From Asterionella formosa (lineage: Eukaryota): a DNA stretch of 34,742 bases. Below are positions 11,992 through 21,927 of the stretch, piece after piece. The notes beneath the pieces are model-generated. The model saw only the letters and a program-made list of their open reading frames with translations. It was not told where the DNA came from and did not search any database. The stretch is taken from positions 1-34,742 of the forward strand of contig NKIB01000164.1 in assembly GCA_002256025.1 (NCBI GenBank). Reading direction: 5' to 3'. Every line of letters begins with the position of its first letter. Within the stretch, counting starts at the first letter, position 1. The position numbers and the translations under genes are program-made.

Positions 11992-12103
11992 GAAGATAGG
12001 AAATTTACAAAATATATTTTAATGATGGGCAATATCGGACCCATTGCAAATTTCGATGTGAAGATAGGAAACGTAAGAAATATATTTTAAATGATGGGCT
12101 ATA
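11992..12103 (+). repeat. Imperfect direct repeat, about 43-bp core at 68-bp spacing
   Basis: gaagataggaaatttacaaaatatattttaatgatgggcaata (11992) vs gaagataggaaacgtaagaaatatattttaaatgatgggctata (12060). Confidence 0.8.
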
Positions 12104-14102
12104 GCAAGCTAAAATTGACATATAACACTCGATGAGTTGGCAGTAGCTAGGTAAGCGAATGGCATGACGATAGCTAGTTTGTGAATTGCCTCAGCAATAC
12201 CCTTCTCGGTGGCTACATGCCTTCTCGTACACATGTGTACTCGCAGGCATGAGACCAGCTCGGGCGCGTTCTTAATACACGTGTACCTTAGTACTACATC
12301 AGTCATGATTTTACAAAATTTAGGTAAGATTTAAGGCTTAAATAATCATTGATAGACACCATTCTTTGGCCCTTCAAAAAAGGTACTCCTAGACTAGTGA
12401 TACATCCAGGTACCACATCTATTGTCACCAATTCTTAAAATCTGTAAATGCATCAGCATCAAACATATATTGTGCCATAACTACAATTATTTCATGATTT
12501 GCGGTCATCACGCCTTGCTATGGGCCCCAACCACGAACTTTAAATGCTACTCCATACCTGCATTTCAACACATCATCATTCTCCAAACAAAGCACTGCTG
12601 CAATAAATTGTTCTGTTGATTATAATTCCCACAGTAGTACATGGAAGCAAAAAGAACCAACTTTGCTGTGATCAACACTATTGGTTTCAATAATGATGAC
12701 AATAAAATATAATCAGTGCTGCACTTGTTGTTAAATTGACAAAATGTGCAACTACTGGCCTAAAATTTCGACTCCCAAAGGAAGATCTATTGCTGAGAAC
12801 AAATTTAATCTTCAATTTAAAGAAAAAAGATGGTGATGAGAGTACTTCAACACACATCAATGAAACCCAGACGCAATAGAAGACCCTACTACTATTACTA
12901 CTACTACTGCCTTTGCTTGTTCTTAATTCAGGTAGTGGTGATGGCAATTATAAATCCTTTAACTTCTACTTTTGTAGAAAACAAAAAGACTTGCACAATT
13001 TCAGAAGCAAAAGAAAATCCTCCAAGCAGTGTGATTTATGCATCTACATGTTTTCTTTTGATCAATATGTTACATAGGTTAGAAACACCCAAGTGATGTG
13101 ATGATAAAAGTCGTCTAAAGGCTGCCCTTTAAGGAAATCATAGAGTTGCAAGGCTGAGGCTATGACTCCTCAAATCTGATATGGTTTAGGCTCGGTTTTA
13201 TATTACGTCATGAACTTGGTGGCGGGATCATTATTTTCATCGGTTGTCACATGGTCATTTAAAGCCACCCAGGTTACAAATTTTAGCAAGAATGACCTCT
13301 CGAATAATGGAGATTCCAGGCATTATGTCCGATTTCTCGATAGTTGGTAAATAGCCCCAACCAAGAGAAGATGAAAGGAAATGGGTAATCTCATCTAACT
13401 CTTGATTGTCCTTTTCATTGCTTCATTGTCGTCAATTCCAAGTGCATCCAAAAAAATCATTACTCAACTGTTTATTCGTCTATCACAGCCATGCCGCATC
13501 AAGCATTGAAAGCACTTTCATAGAGGCTCTTTGTGATTCTCTAAATGTTCTCTTGTGATTTTCTAAATGTTCGCTCGAATTAATTTTCGTAACTGAGCTT
13601 GTTGATGTGAGATTGCCAAAAAGGTTCTCTCGTGGTTTCATCTGCTCTTTCTCTCTTGTTTTTGGATTAATCATCAAAATCATATCTGTCATTGAATCTA
13701 TCTTGAGGCGATGAGATGATTGATCTATAAATGCAGTAAATGAAATATTAGGACAAAAAAATTAATTCTTTTGTTTGTTTGGTTGCTTGTTACTGATGGT
13801 CAAATATCAAAACTGTCGGGAGGGAAATGAACAAGTCGCTGGCATGTTGCCATTGAAGATCTGTGATCCAATTTTTAAATTATCATGAGAACAATGGGAC
13901 AACGGTGGTTTGAATTGAGTAGTTATAGCTTGATACCTTTAAAATCATGAAGTGATAAAAAAAACAAAATTAAATGACAGCCCTTAGCCATTCAGTCCAT
14001 TAAACTACCCCTTGCTTTCTTGTAACAACATCATGTTATTTGATTGGCTAAGTCGGATACTGGTACCGTAAATATTTTCAGGGTACCAGGTACCTGAGGT
14101 TG

Positions 14103-14190
14103 CCCTAGAAATCTGCTCACACGACTAGAATTTGCTGACAGCGACTAGAAACTGCTGACTGCAACTTGAAGCTGCTGACTATGACTAAAA
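14103..14190 (+). repeat. Degenerate 20-bp minisatellite, about 4.5 copies
   Basis: Units such as gactagaatttgctgacagc / gactagaaactgctgactgc / aacttgaagctgctgactat recur at a 20-nt period. Confidence 0.8.
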
Positions 14191-14998
14191 ATTTCTTAGT
14201 TTTTCCATTGGTGAATTTCATTAGCAAGCCTTCATCAGTTGCTGAATCTCATTACCTGTGAGTAGGAGCAGGTGAGCACAATTTCGATGATCAGAACATG
14301 ACTTGGATTTAATGAATGATAATTTAACATTGACGAAAGTTACTTAAGAGAGATTGGAGTGAAAAGCCAGACTATCTAGTCTGGCAGGCATGAGACAATT
14401 CATTGGAAGTGCGCCAAAACTGAAAAGGTGGGCATAAAACGTTTGCTACCAGACCTTCCCTTGTATTTTATCCCAGTACTTCAGTATGTAGAGATATAGG
14501 AACATACCCACATAGTGAATTACGGTATGATAAAGCTTGGCTCAACCACAGTGTGTACTTTTGTTGCCACTGTTTTGAGACTTACAGTTTTTCAGTACCA
14601 AATCAAAAGAAGAAAATCTATGAGCATTTCCTTGCAAGCTGGTGTTCAGCTCCTCTCAACTCCAAAGGTCTTCGAACTGACCCCTTCCCCTCAATGGAGA
14701 CTCCAAAAAACCTTGCACACCTGGGTCGCCATGCGTGATAGAGTGTAAAAATCTTCGCTTGGAGGTTTTTGATTGTCATTGTCGGGCCTCCAGAAATCTT
14801 GCTTGTCAAGAGCAGCAACAGCTACAGTTTGTTGCATCTCCTTCTGTCATGCGAAGGGAGCAAGGGCTTGCTTGACTGGCAGAACAGCTGGTACCATGGT
14901 GATTGTCAAAGGGTGGGAAATGATAAATCCTGTGATGTCCTTCCTGTTGCTGTTGTGTATTATATTTATGCACTACTGTTGTTTATATTTACCCTATG

Positions 14999-15176
14999 TA
15001 CCTGGTACCAGTACACTGGTATTATATATCATTACTGATATGTACCGGTATGTATCCACCAATATACTATGGCATTGAATGAGAAGACAGCAGAATCAAA
15101 CCACTGTGGGAAAAACTGAGGTATGTAGGAACCATACTACCGGTATTTCATGTGATCGAGTACCTGGTACCTGGTA
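14999..15176. repeat. Cluster of chained TACCTGGTA/TACCAGTA/TACCGGTA words
   Basis: TACCTGGTA 14999 overlapping TACCAGTA 15006; TACCGGTA 15043 and 15138; TACCTGGTA twice at 15161 and 15168. Confidence 0.8.
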
Positions 15177-15302
15177 GTCTAATAGAAATATTTTACTCTT
15201 TTTAATGATTTTTTCCCTCAGTCGTCACAGCAAATGGGTGGCTGGCAACGTTTAGGATTTACCAAAACCCGTTAGCATTGTTTTTCCATCTGTTGAACCG
15301 AA

Positions 15303-15352
15303 ACCAAAACCAAAACCAAACGAAAATTAATCTTTTGGGTTTTGGTTTTGGT
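15303..15352. repeat. Perfect 15-bp inverted repeat (hairpin, 20-nt loop) built from (ACCAAA)n
   Basis: accaaaaccaaaacc 15303-15317 is the exact reverse complement of ggttttggttttggt 15338-15352. Confidence 0.85.
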
Positions 15353-16161
15353 CCAGGGTTAGCATTGGCCTAACACCCGCAAAGTAATTTATGTACTCGG
15401 GAGTAAATTAAACATGGTCTACTTGCCCTTCAACATTTTTAGAAACGATGGTAATGACCCGTCGTCTAATACTGCATACAGTTTGTTCTGTGTAGTCGTT
15501 GTTTCGGGAGTCTTACATGCATACAGACCATGTCGTCAAATTACAAACGCAATAAGAGTTATATGAACCGCTATTTGCGATTCAAGGTACATACACTGTA
15601 GAGACGACAGATATTTCTGGTGCACGTCATTTTCGTAAACTTGCACAATACACAGCATTGCTGCACTGTACAGTATATGATGCAGAAGAAAGTTGTCAAC
15701 AAAAAATCAGATCCCAGCTACCGGTACTCTCTGCAAATGTCATACATACACAAAGAAGAATACCGATGCAACAGTATAAGTAATTAATTTTTGTCACCCT
15801 TTTCTGCGATGCCCATCTCCTCCGGGTCTTGGCAAGGCGTTAAATAAGCAATCCATACACGTATGGTAACTAAACTACTGGCATGCGATATGTGTAAACA
15901 ATACACCGGTAGATCATTCCTGGTGTTCCAGCGCGCTACCCAAAAATCTATATACAGTAAGTAATTATTGGCAATACAACTACAATAGTATATACATACA
16001 CACGATAGATATGCTATACTGTCGTCATAGGAAATAGACGACACATCTCGCGCTCTGTTCTTGAAGATCACAAAAACAAAACACCGATATTTCATTTCCC
16101 ATATTAGAACGAAGTCACAAGAAATCTTGATCTTTCTTTCGTCGATAATACAATTGCAACC

Positions 16162-16749
16162 ATGAATTCTTCGTCAAGAAATCCTTCGCTTGCTAGTTTT
16201 TTACTCAAAGGCGAGGACGACTTTGCAATCACATACTCCCGAGATGGCCTGCATTCGACGTTGGTCGATGAAAACAGCGTGATCTCGGGGGTGGCGATGT
16301 CCATCAACGAATATTCCCAACTCAGAGCGAAGAGGAGGACACAGGATTGGAAGGAGAAGCACAAGTCTAAGAAAGCATCGAAGAAGAGGAAATCAAAGAA
16401 AGGGTCAAGGAATTTGTCTGAAACGGATTCTAATGCCCTTGATGAAAGTCGCAGTAGCGTAGCGTCAACTCGAACAGCACCGGTGAGAATCAAAATGACT
16501 GGTGATGCCCTGTTACTAGGATGCAAGATTGACTCGATGGGTTCAACGCTTGAAGACATTCGACTTCTCAGAAAGGAAGCTAATGTCGAGTATGAGGAAG
16601 TCGATGCATTGAAACAACGTTGGCAAGACGATCTCTCCATTTTGATTGACAAATGGGAAGCGCAACTAACGCACATATTGGATAATAAACAAGTTCATAT
16701 GTTGCAGCCTATCAGAACGGCAACAAGTAACGCAACCTGTGCTCAATAA
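16162..16749 (+). CDS. Hypothetical protein (195 aa) with a basic NLS-like tract and a helical C-terminus
   Basis: ATG in CAACCATG context and an uninterrupted ORF with higher GC than its flanks. Lys-rich KEKHKSKKASKKRKSKK, then a charged helical segment (LEDIRLLRKE...LKQRWQDDL). No family recognised. Confidence 0.65.
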   Translation: MNSSSRNPSLASFLLKGEDDFAITYSRDGLHSTLVDENSVISGVAMSINEYSQLRAKRRTQDWKEKHKSKKASKKRKSKKGSRNLSETDSNALDESRSSVASTRTAPVRIKMTGDALLLGCKIDSMGSTLEDIRLLRKEANVEYEEVDALKQRWQDDLSILIDKWEAQLTHILDNKQVHMLQPIRTATSNATCAQ

Positions 16750-16949
16750 GTTTTTGGTCAGCGTTAGCTGGCCTCCACAACTGTCCTGAGTTAAACTTTC
16801 TGATTAGTGGTCAATTTGGTCACCACCTATGTGCTCACATCAAAAACTACCTTTCGAATAGATATAAATAAATTAATTGTAATATATAATTGATGACATT
16901 TTCCTTACACAATTTCATAAGAAAGGTGATTTAGCTGCTAGGGTGTATG

Positions 16950-17018
16950 TGGGGGAGGGGGGGGGGGGGGTTTGGTTTTTTTGATATCGTTGTTGGTGTG
17001 TTNNNNNNNNNNCCCCCG

Positions 17019-17072
<54 letters not shown>
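16950..17072. other. Assembly gap (10 N, 17003-17012) flanked by poly-G and poly-C runs
   Basis: G-run at about 16950-16970, Ns at 17003-17012, C-run at 17013-17072. This is typical of low-quality contig ends. Confidence 0.9.
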
Positions 17073-17074
<2 letters not shown>

Positions 17075-17136
17075 GATTTTATGATATCCTTGTTTCAGTG
17101 TTATAGAAGCAATTAGCATGGTTTATGCGAGATGAT

Positions 17137-17249
17137 GCTGGCGATGCTTTTTTCATCGTTTAGTAATAGATTAGTATAATCTTTACACCTAAGCTGGCGA
17201 TGCTTTTTTCATCGGTTAGTAATAGATTAGTATAATCTTTACACCTAAG
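17137..17249 (+). repeat. 56-bp tandem duplication (2 copies, 1 mismatch)
   Basis: gctggcgatgcttttttcatcg[t/g]ttagtaatagattagtataatctttacacctaa at 17137 and 17193. Confidence 0.95.
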
Positions 17250-18376
17250 ATGCCATTTAGCTACGGCACTTTTTCGAATTTATGTCTAAAGTGACATATT
17301 TATGTTGTTTTCCTTAAATATTCTTTTACTTTTTTCGGAATTTATTTGGGTCAATCCCAAATTTATGTGTTCTAAAAGAAAATGTATTTCAATTATCGAA
17401 TCATTATGTGATCACACCAATAATTATGAGTGTTTGCAACAATATCATATGTTGACCATCTAGCCATCGAGACAGTAAGATGGCAAAATTATGCTGCTCC
17501 ACAGCAATATTATGTTGCGTTCACCACATAATGAAATAAAGAGCGAGTCACCAATTCCAATTCACTTATTATTTTATCCGCTTTGACCTATTTCTTTAAT
17601 CTCAACTGCTAAAGAACAACACATGCAAGAGGAAGATTCACACAGTACTAGAATTAAGCTCATGCAGTAATGGACATATTATGTTAGCATATTTTTTAAA
17701 TTATTGTTGATTCTTGTAGAGTTTTCAATAGCCAGATTAGAAATAAAGCATCATTGAGCTTTGTTGAGCCTCACATGTCGCCATAGTGACTCAAAACTGA
17801 GATGTGACACAATGGCCTTCTCCTTTTGGAGAGGCTACAATGCGTCTACAACGATAACACAGCAACGAAAATAGGTAGGTAAGCTTTTACTAAATCGTCA
17901 GTTTTGTTGCCAATCCTATTTGACGAAGAAGTGTCATTGTATGAAAATCTGCTGTTATAAATTTTATTATCTATATAAGAAATGGTGAGGCATGCCTAAC
18001 AAGGAGAATAGTTTCAATTTGCAAAGGGTGAGATGATTCTTCAGCCGAAAGCTAAAAAAGACACAAACTCAAGTAAAAATCCAGGACAATGAAGTACGGG
18101 TATACAGTAAGAAAAATACATGTACATCTCATTGTCACCGTGCTTCATGGTCCGGTAATCGAGATGTTTAGCTTAGTCTTTATGAAACGTGTTTTACCGG
18201 ACCCTCCTCTGGTATGGGATACTTCACATACCGGTATTACAGGTGTCAGCAATAATGTATGTCCCGGTATGGCATTTGTTAATTATTATTTTATGTTATG
18301 TAGCTATACGTATGTACCGTTATGCAGTAATCCGTATCAGCTGGAGCAATAAAAATTGCCTTTGAACTAAAAAGCG

Positions 18377-21300
18377 ATGGACGACGCATTGGGATCGACG
18401 CGATACGGCCCCGCCGATCGAGGCGGTAATCCATATCATGGTGGTGGCAGCAGTGACCGTGGAAGAGGCGGTAGACATCGCTCTGGTGGCCGAGGAGGAA
18501 GAGGAGGACGATATCAGCAGAACGTCAACAACCGTAGGCATCAACCGTACAACAACAGCAACAATATCAGAGATCGCCTTCCGCCCAGAGGGCCTCGCGG
18601 TCCAAGGCCTCCCGGCAATCGCTTCCAGACAACCACCTCGGTTAATCAAGAAACCGCCATGGAAAAGCAGCTGAGCGCCATGGTGAGTCGCGTAGGAGAG
18701 TTGAAGGGGGACGAAGGCATCGGCACGCGATCGGTTGTAATCACTAAGAATATCGGAGACTTGGTGGCTGTTTTGACAAATCCCGGAAACGCGCCCTTAT
18801 TTTTGAAGTTTCAAGCTGTGGGGACAACTGATATTGACACGGAAGGAGATCCTCTGCAACAAGTGAAGGCAATTGACCAAGCAGGAAGCCTGGCACACTT
18901 GATTGTCTCCTGTGTATGCACGTTGCCTCTGCAAACAAGTTGCTATGCTACCATCACCATGGCAGTCGAGGAAAGCGCTCCTGAAGAGTACAAGGGATTC
19001 GCCAGTAGATGCGTGGCTTATGCTTGTCTCCATTTGGCTAGAGATTTCGACTGCTTGTTATTGGAAACGGATGCCAATGTCAGCATGTGCATGAATCGGC
19101 TTCAACACGTGTTGAAATACTTTGCGGTACTCAGCAAACTGGGTGTCCTATGTCCTTATGATGAAGCGGATGATCTTACAGGCACGTCGGACTTATCCAT
19201 GGCTGCTTTCTTGGTGGTGCTCACTTCAGCGTCTTTGAAAATGTTGGATCGCAATTCATCGGTTGCGGCCCTATTGGCACATTTGGTACTAAGTACAATT
19301 CCGTACCTGCTAGATTGTATTCCTCTCGATTTTATTATTTCTCAATTTGTACAGCCGATGGAACAACATGTGCTGAGTGCCGACAGCTACAAATCGACGT
19401 TTACACCAGGTTTTGGAAAGTCTGGGTTGCTTCTGAAGTCAGAACAGCACGAAGGCAACGATTGCGACGAGGATGAAGACGAAGAAGAAGACAATGACGA
19501 GGAAGATGCTTCGGCTCAATGTTGTGACACATTACAGGACTTGCTGCGATCTGTCAAGAAGTTGGTGGCTGAGGGCATCCACAGCACTCGCTTCGCTCTT
19601 TTCACCGACGCACCTTGGGATGGTCTTGAAAGGCTGACTACCGTTAGCATGGAAGTGGAGGAAGTTGCAGTAAATGCTGAGCCTCTGAATTATTCTTCCG
19701 AACCTCTTCGACTTTCTGTGACCGCATCGTCGATTTTAGGGATTGTCAATGACATTGGTGTGGACTTGCAATGCTTTCATGTCGAAGGCGTCATTTTTGG
19801 GCGACTCCCCATTTTCGGGCCGCCAGCTGAAGAGGACGACGACGAGGAAGAAGCGGAAGCAATCCCGAATGAATCGCTTCAAGCCTATCAGAAGGGTTTT
19901 GGACTCTTGGATCGATTTTTCCTGTCAGACGCTATTCGTGATATCTTGTTGAGCCATCAGATTAGTGTATCGGATAGTGGTCTGGATCGTGGGACCGCGA
20001 AGAACACCGCAGAACAGTGTTGGTCTGTCTGCCATATTTTGTTGCCTCCAGCTAATGAAGAAGGGATTATCATCGGGATTGAATATCCTATTGTTGAAGC
20101 AATTCTTTCCCTCATCCTTCAATCAACGCAGTCTGGAACTCTGCGTCACATTTATTTGTGTAAGGTCTTGGTTGAGTTGATTCGCCTCAAGCCAAACTTG
20201 ATGCCACAAGCACTTGCTATTGGAGTATCCAACTTGGTGCAATTTTACTTGCCGTCGCTGGTACCGCTAGCCCGCGACAACTTCAGTCGGTGGTTTTCCT
20301 TTCACATGACAAATCTTGACTACCAATGGCCTCCTGCCTTTTGGGAACAGTGGGCGACATATTTGGGCAAGCGCAGCAGTCGAAGCGATTTTGTCACTCG
20401 AACCTTGACATTAATGGCAGAAAATTTGAGCAATCCCTCCATGCTGGTCAAAACGTGCTTGCCTGCTGGAAGCCCTGTGGTACAATGTCTCCTTGGGACA
20501 CCAGGAGATCAGGGTTCTGCTGGGGCCTTTGCTTCACTTGGTCTTGAGATCCGAGATAGAATATGGGAAAAGAACGAAGATCCTGATCAGCTGCGAGGTT
20601 ACATCTTGAGCGAAGAAGTTTTGGACACGATTTGTAGTGAATCAAATTTTGCCGAAACTGAATGGGGTTCTATTTTTTGGCGAACAAATGCAATAATTCA
20701 TGGCATGCTTCATTCTGCAGAACGCCAACAAGCTCAAATAAAAGAAGCCGTTGCGAGTGCAGTTGATAGTCAAGGCGACGCAATGGAACCCGATGACCTT
20801 GGCAACGACGATGTATACTGCTCAACCATGGAGAATCTCCATCGATACAGGACGGTACTCATTGCAGTGCTTGCGAAGGATGCAGAAGCATATAATGAGC
20901 GCTTGACTGAGCATGGCCAAACAAGTCGCTCTGGAGCTGGACCTCTAGTGTCAGCACAGTTGTACTTATTGCGGCAGGTTCACACAATTCTGCCGAATTC
21001 CCGCACTCTTATGGAAGGCTGTATCAACTGCCTTGTCGAGAACGAGCTGGTGGAATTACAGTGTGTTTTCCGTTTTGCACTGAATCCTAAGGAGAAACTC
21101 ATAGATAGATGGTGGGAAATTGTGTCGGCAACATTTCGTTTAGGTCTTGACAAAGCCGTGTCCAATGTGGACGAAAGCTTGGGAAATCTATTTTTGTTGG
21201 ATAATGAAGTTGATTTTGCGATCTCCAACCGAACCCCTCCTATCATAGCATTTGCTGAACCGATTGTTGAGCTGATGGTAGTGTTGGTCTGTGAATTTCT

Positions 21301-21571
21301 GCTAAGCAAGGCAACTGGAGAGGCAAAGCTGTCACCAGAGGAAGTAGATCTAGTGGAAGGCCTCAAGTACTGCGTGCTGTCAGCTATATCGACATTATTG
21401 ATCAAACTAAAGGCAAGTGGCGAAGAAAGTATCAAAGGAATTTCTGAAAGTAGAGGACGGGCACTGTTGGATGAATCAAGCATTGCCAGTTTCAAGCTTG
21501 CATCTAAATGTAGAGACATGGGAAGCACTCCAGCCCTGGAAATTCTTGCTGAAGTTCTGGAGAGAATCTAA
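18377..21571 (+). CDS. NCBP1: Nuclear cap-binding protein subunit 1 (CBP80), 1064 aa, no intron required
   Basis: MIF4G-like helical protein. 'IVEAILSLIL...HIYLCKVLVELIRL' and 'NFSRWFSFHMTNLDYQWPPAFWEQW' match the CBP80 middle-domain signature (WFSHHLSNF-x-F-x-W-x-W-x-x-W). 'LPLQTSCYATI' and C-terminal 'LVELQCVFRFAL...WWEIVSATF' also fit. Confidence 0.85.
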   Translation: MDDALGSTRYGPADRGGNPYHGGGSSDRGRGGRHRSGGRGGRGGRYQQNVNNRRHQPYNNSNNIRDRLPPRGPRGPRPPGNRFQTTTSVNQETAMEKQLSAMVSRVGELKGDEGIGTRSVVITKNIGDLVAVLTNPGNAPLFLKFQAVGTTDIDTEGDPLQQVKAIDQAGSLAHLIVSCVCTLPLQTSCYATITMAVEESAPEEYKGFASRCVAYACLHLARDFDCLLLETDANVSMCMNRLQHVLKYFAVLSKLGVLCPYDEADDLTGTSDLSMAAFLVVLTSASLKMLDRNSSVAALLAHLVLSTIPYLLDCIPLDFIISQFVQPMEQHVLSADSYKSTFTPGFGKSGLLLKSEQHEGNDCDEDEDEEEDNDEEDASAQCCDTLQDLLRSVKKLVAEGIHSTRFALFTDAPWDGLERLTTVSMEVEEVAVNAEPLNYSSEPLRLSVTASSILGIVNDIGVDLQCFHVEGVIFGRLPIFGPPAEEDDDEEEAEAIPNESLQAYQKGFGLLDRFFLSDAIRDILLSHQISVSDSGLDRGTAKNTAEQCWSVCHILLPPANEEGIIIGIEYPIVEAILSLILQSTQSGTLRHIYLCKVLVELIRLKPNLMPQALAIGVSNLVQFYLPSLVPLARDNFSRWFSFHMTNLDYQWPPAFWEQWATYLGKRSSRSDFVTRTLTLMAENLSNPSMLVKTCLPAGSPVVQCLLGTPGDQGSAGAFASLGLEIRDRIWEKNEDPDQLRGYILSEEVLDTICSESNFAETEWGSIFWRTNAIIHGMLHSAERQQAQIKEAVASAVDSQGDAMEPDDLGNDDVYCSTMENLHRYRTVLIAVLAKDAEAYNERLTEHGQTSRSGAGPLVSAQLYLLRQVHTILPNSRTLMEGCINCLVENELVELQCVFRFALNPKEKLIDRWWEIVSATFRLGLDKAVSNVDESLGNLFLLDNEVDFAISNRTPPIIAFAEPIVELMVVLVCEFLLSKATGEAKLSPEEVDLVEGLKYCVLSAISTLLIKLKASGEESIKGISESRGRALLDESSIASFKLASKCRDMGSTPALEILAEVLERI

Positions 21572-21927
21572 AAATTGAAATTAGCCTTAAAATTGGGTCA
21601 TCGGGTCACAACTTTGTTCTTCGCAATGGCAAAAAGGAATTAGACAATAGAACAGAAGTGCTGGTGCAATCAATTGTCGTAATTTATCATAGCCGAACAA
21701 TGCAAGAGGAGTTCTTGAAAAGTTCTTTGAAGCTTCAACAAGGAGCGAATACAAAATGAGATCCATAGGGAAGGCATAATCCCATCAATTCCAGCAAAGC
21801 CAGACAAACAGTAGTAATTTATACTACATACCATTTACACTTAATTACGTTGTGACTGATGCTGAATATATTGCGTAAAAAGTGCTACTTCTATCATTAT
21901 CCAGGAACCGCAATATCGGATTTTGCC

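Noticed and set aside
14103..14190. CRISPR-like array
   Set aside because: The units are contiguous degenerate tandem repeats without unique spacers, there are no cas genes, and the context is eukaryotic.
16931..17119. Poly-Gly ORF or G-quadruplex in the poly-G/poly-C tract
   Set aside because: It spans an N gap, and homopolymers at contig ends are likely sequencing artefacts. Linkage of the left and right halves of the window is therefore scaffold-level only.
20980..21528. Long antisense ORFs over genes (also 16104-16676, 23089-23574, 28819-29175)
   Set aside because: They are shadows of the real coding strand with no independent motifs.
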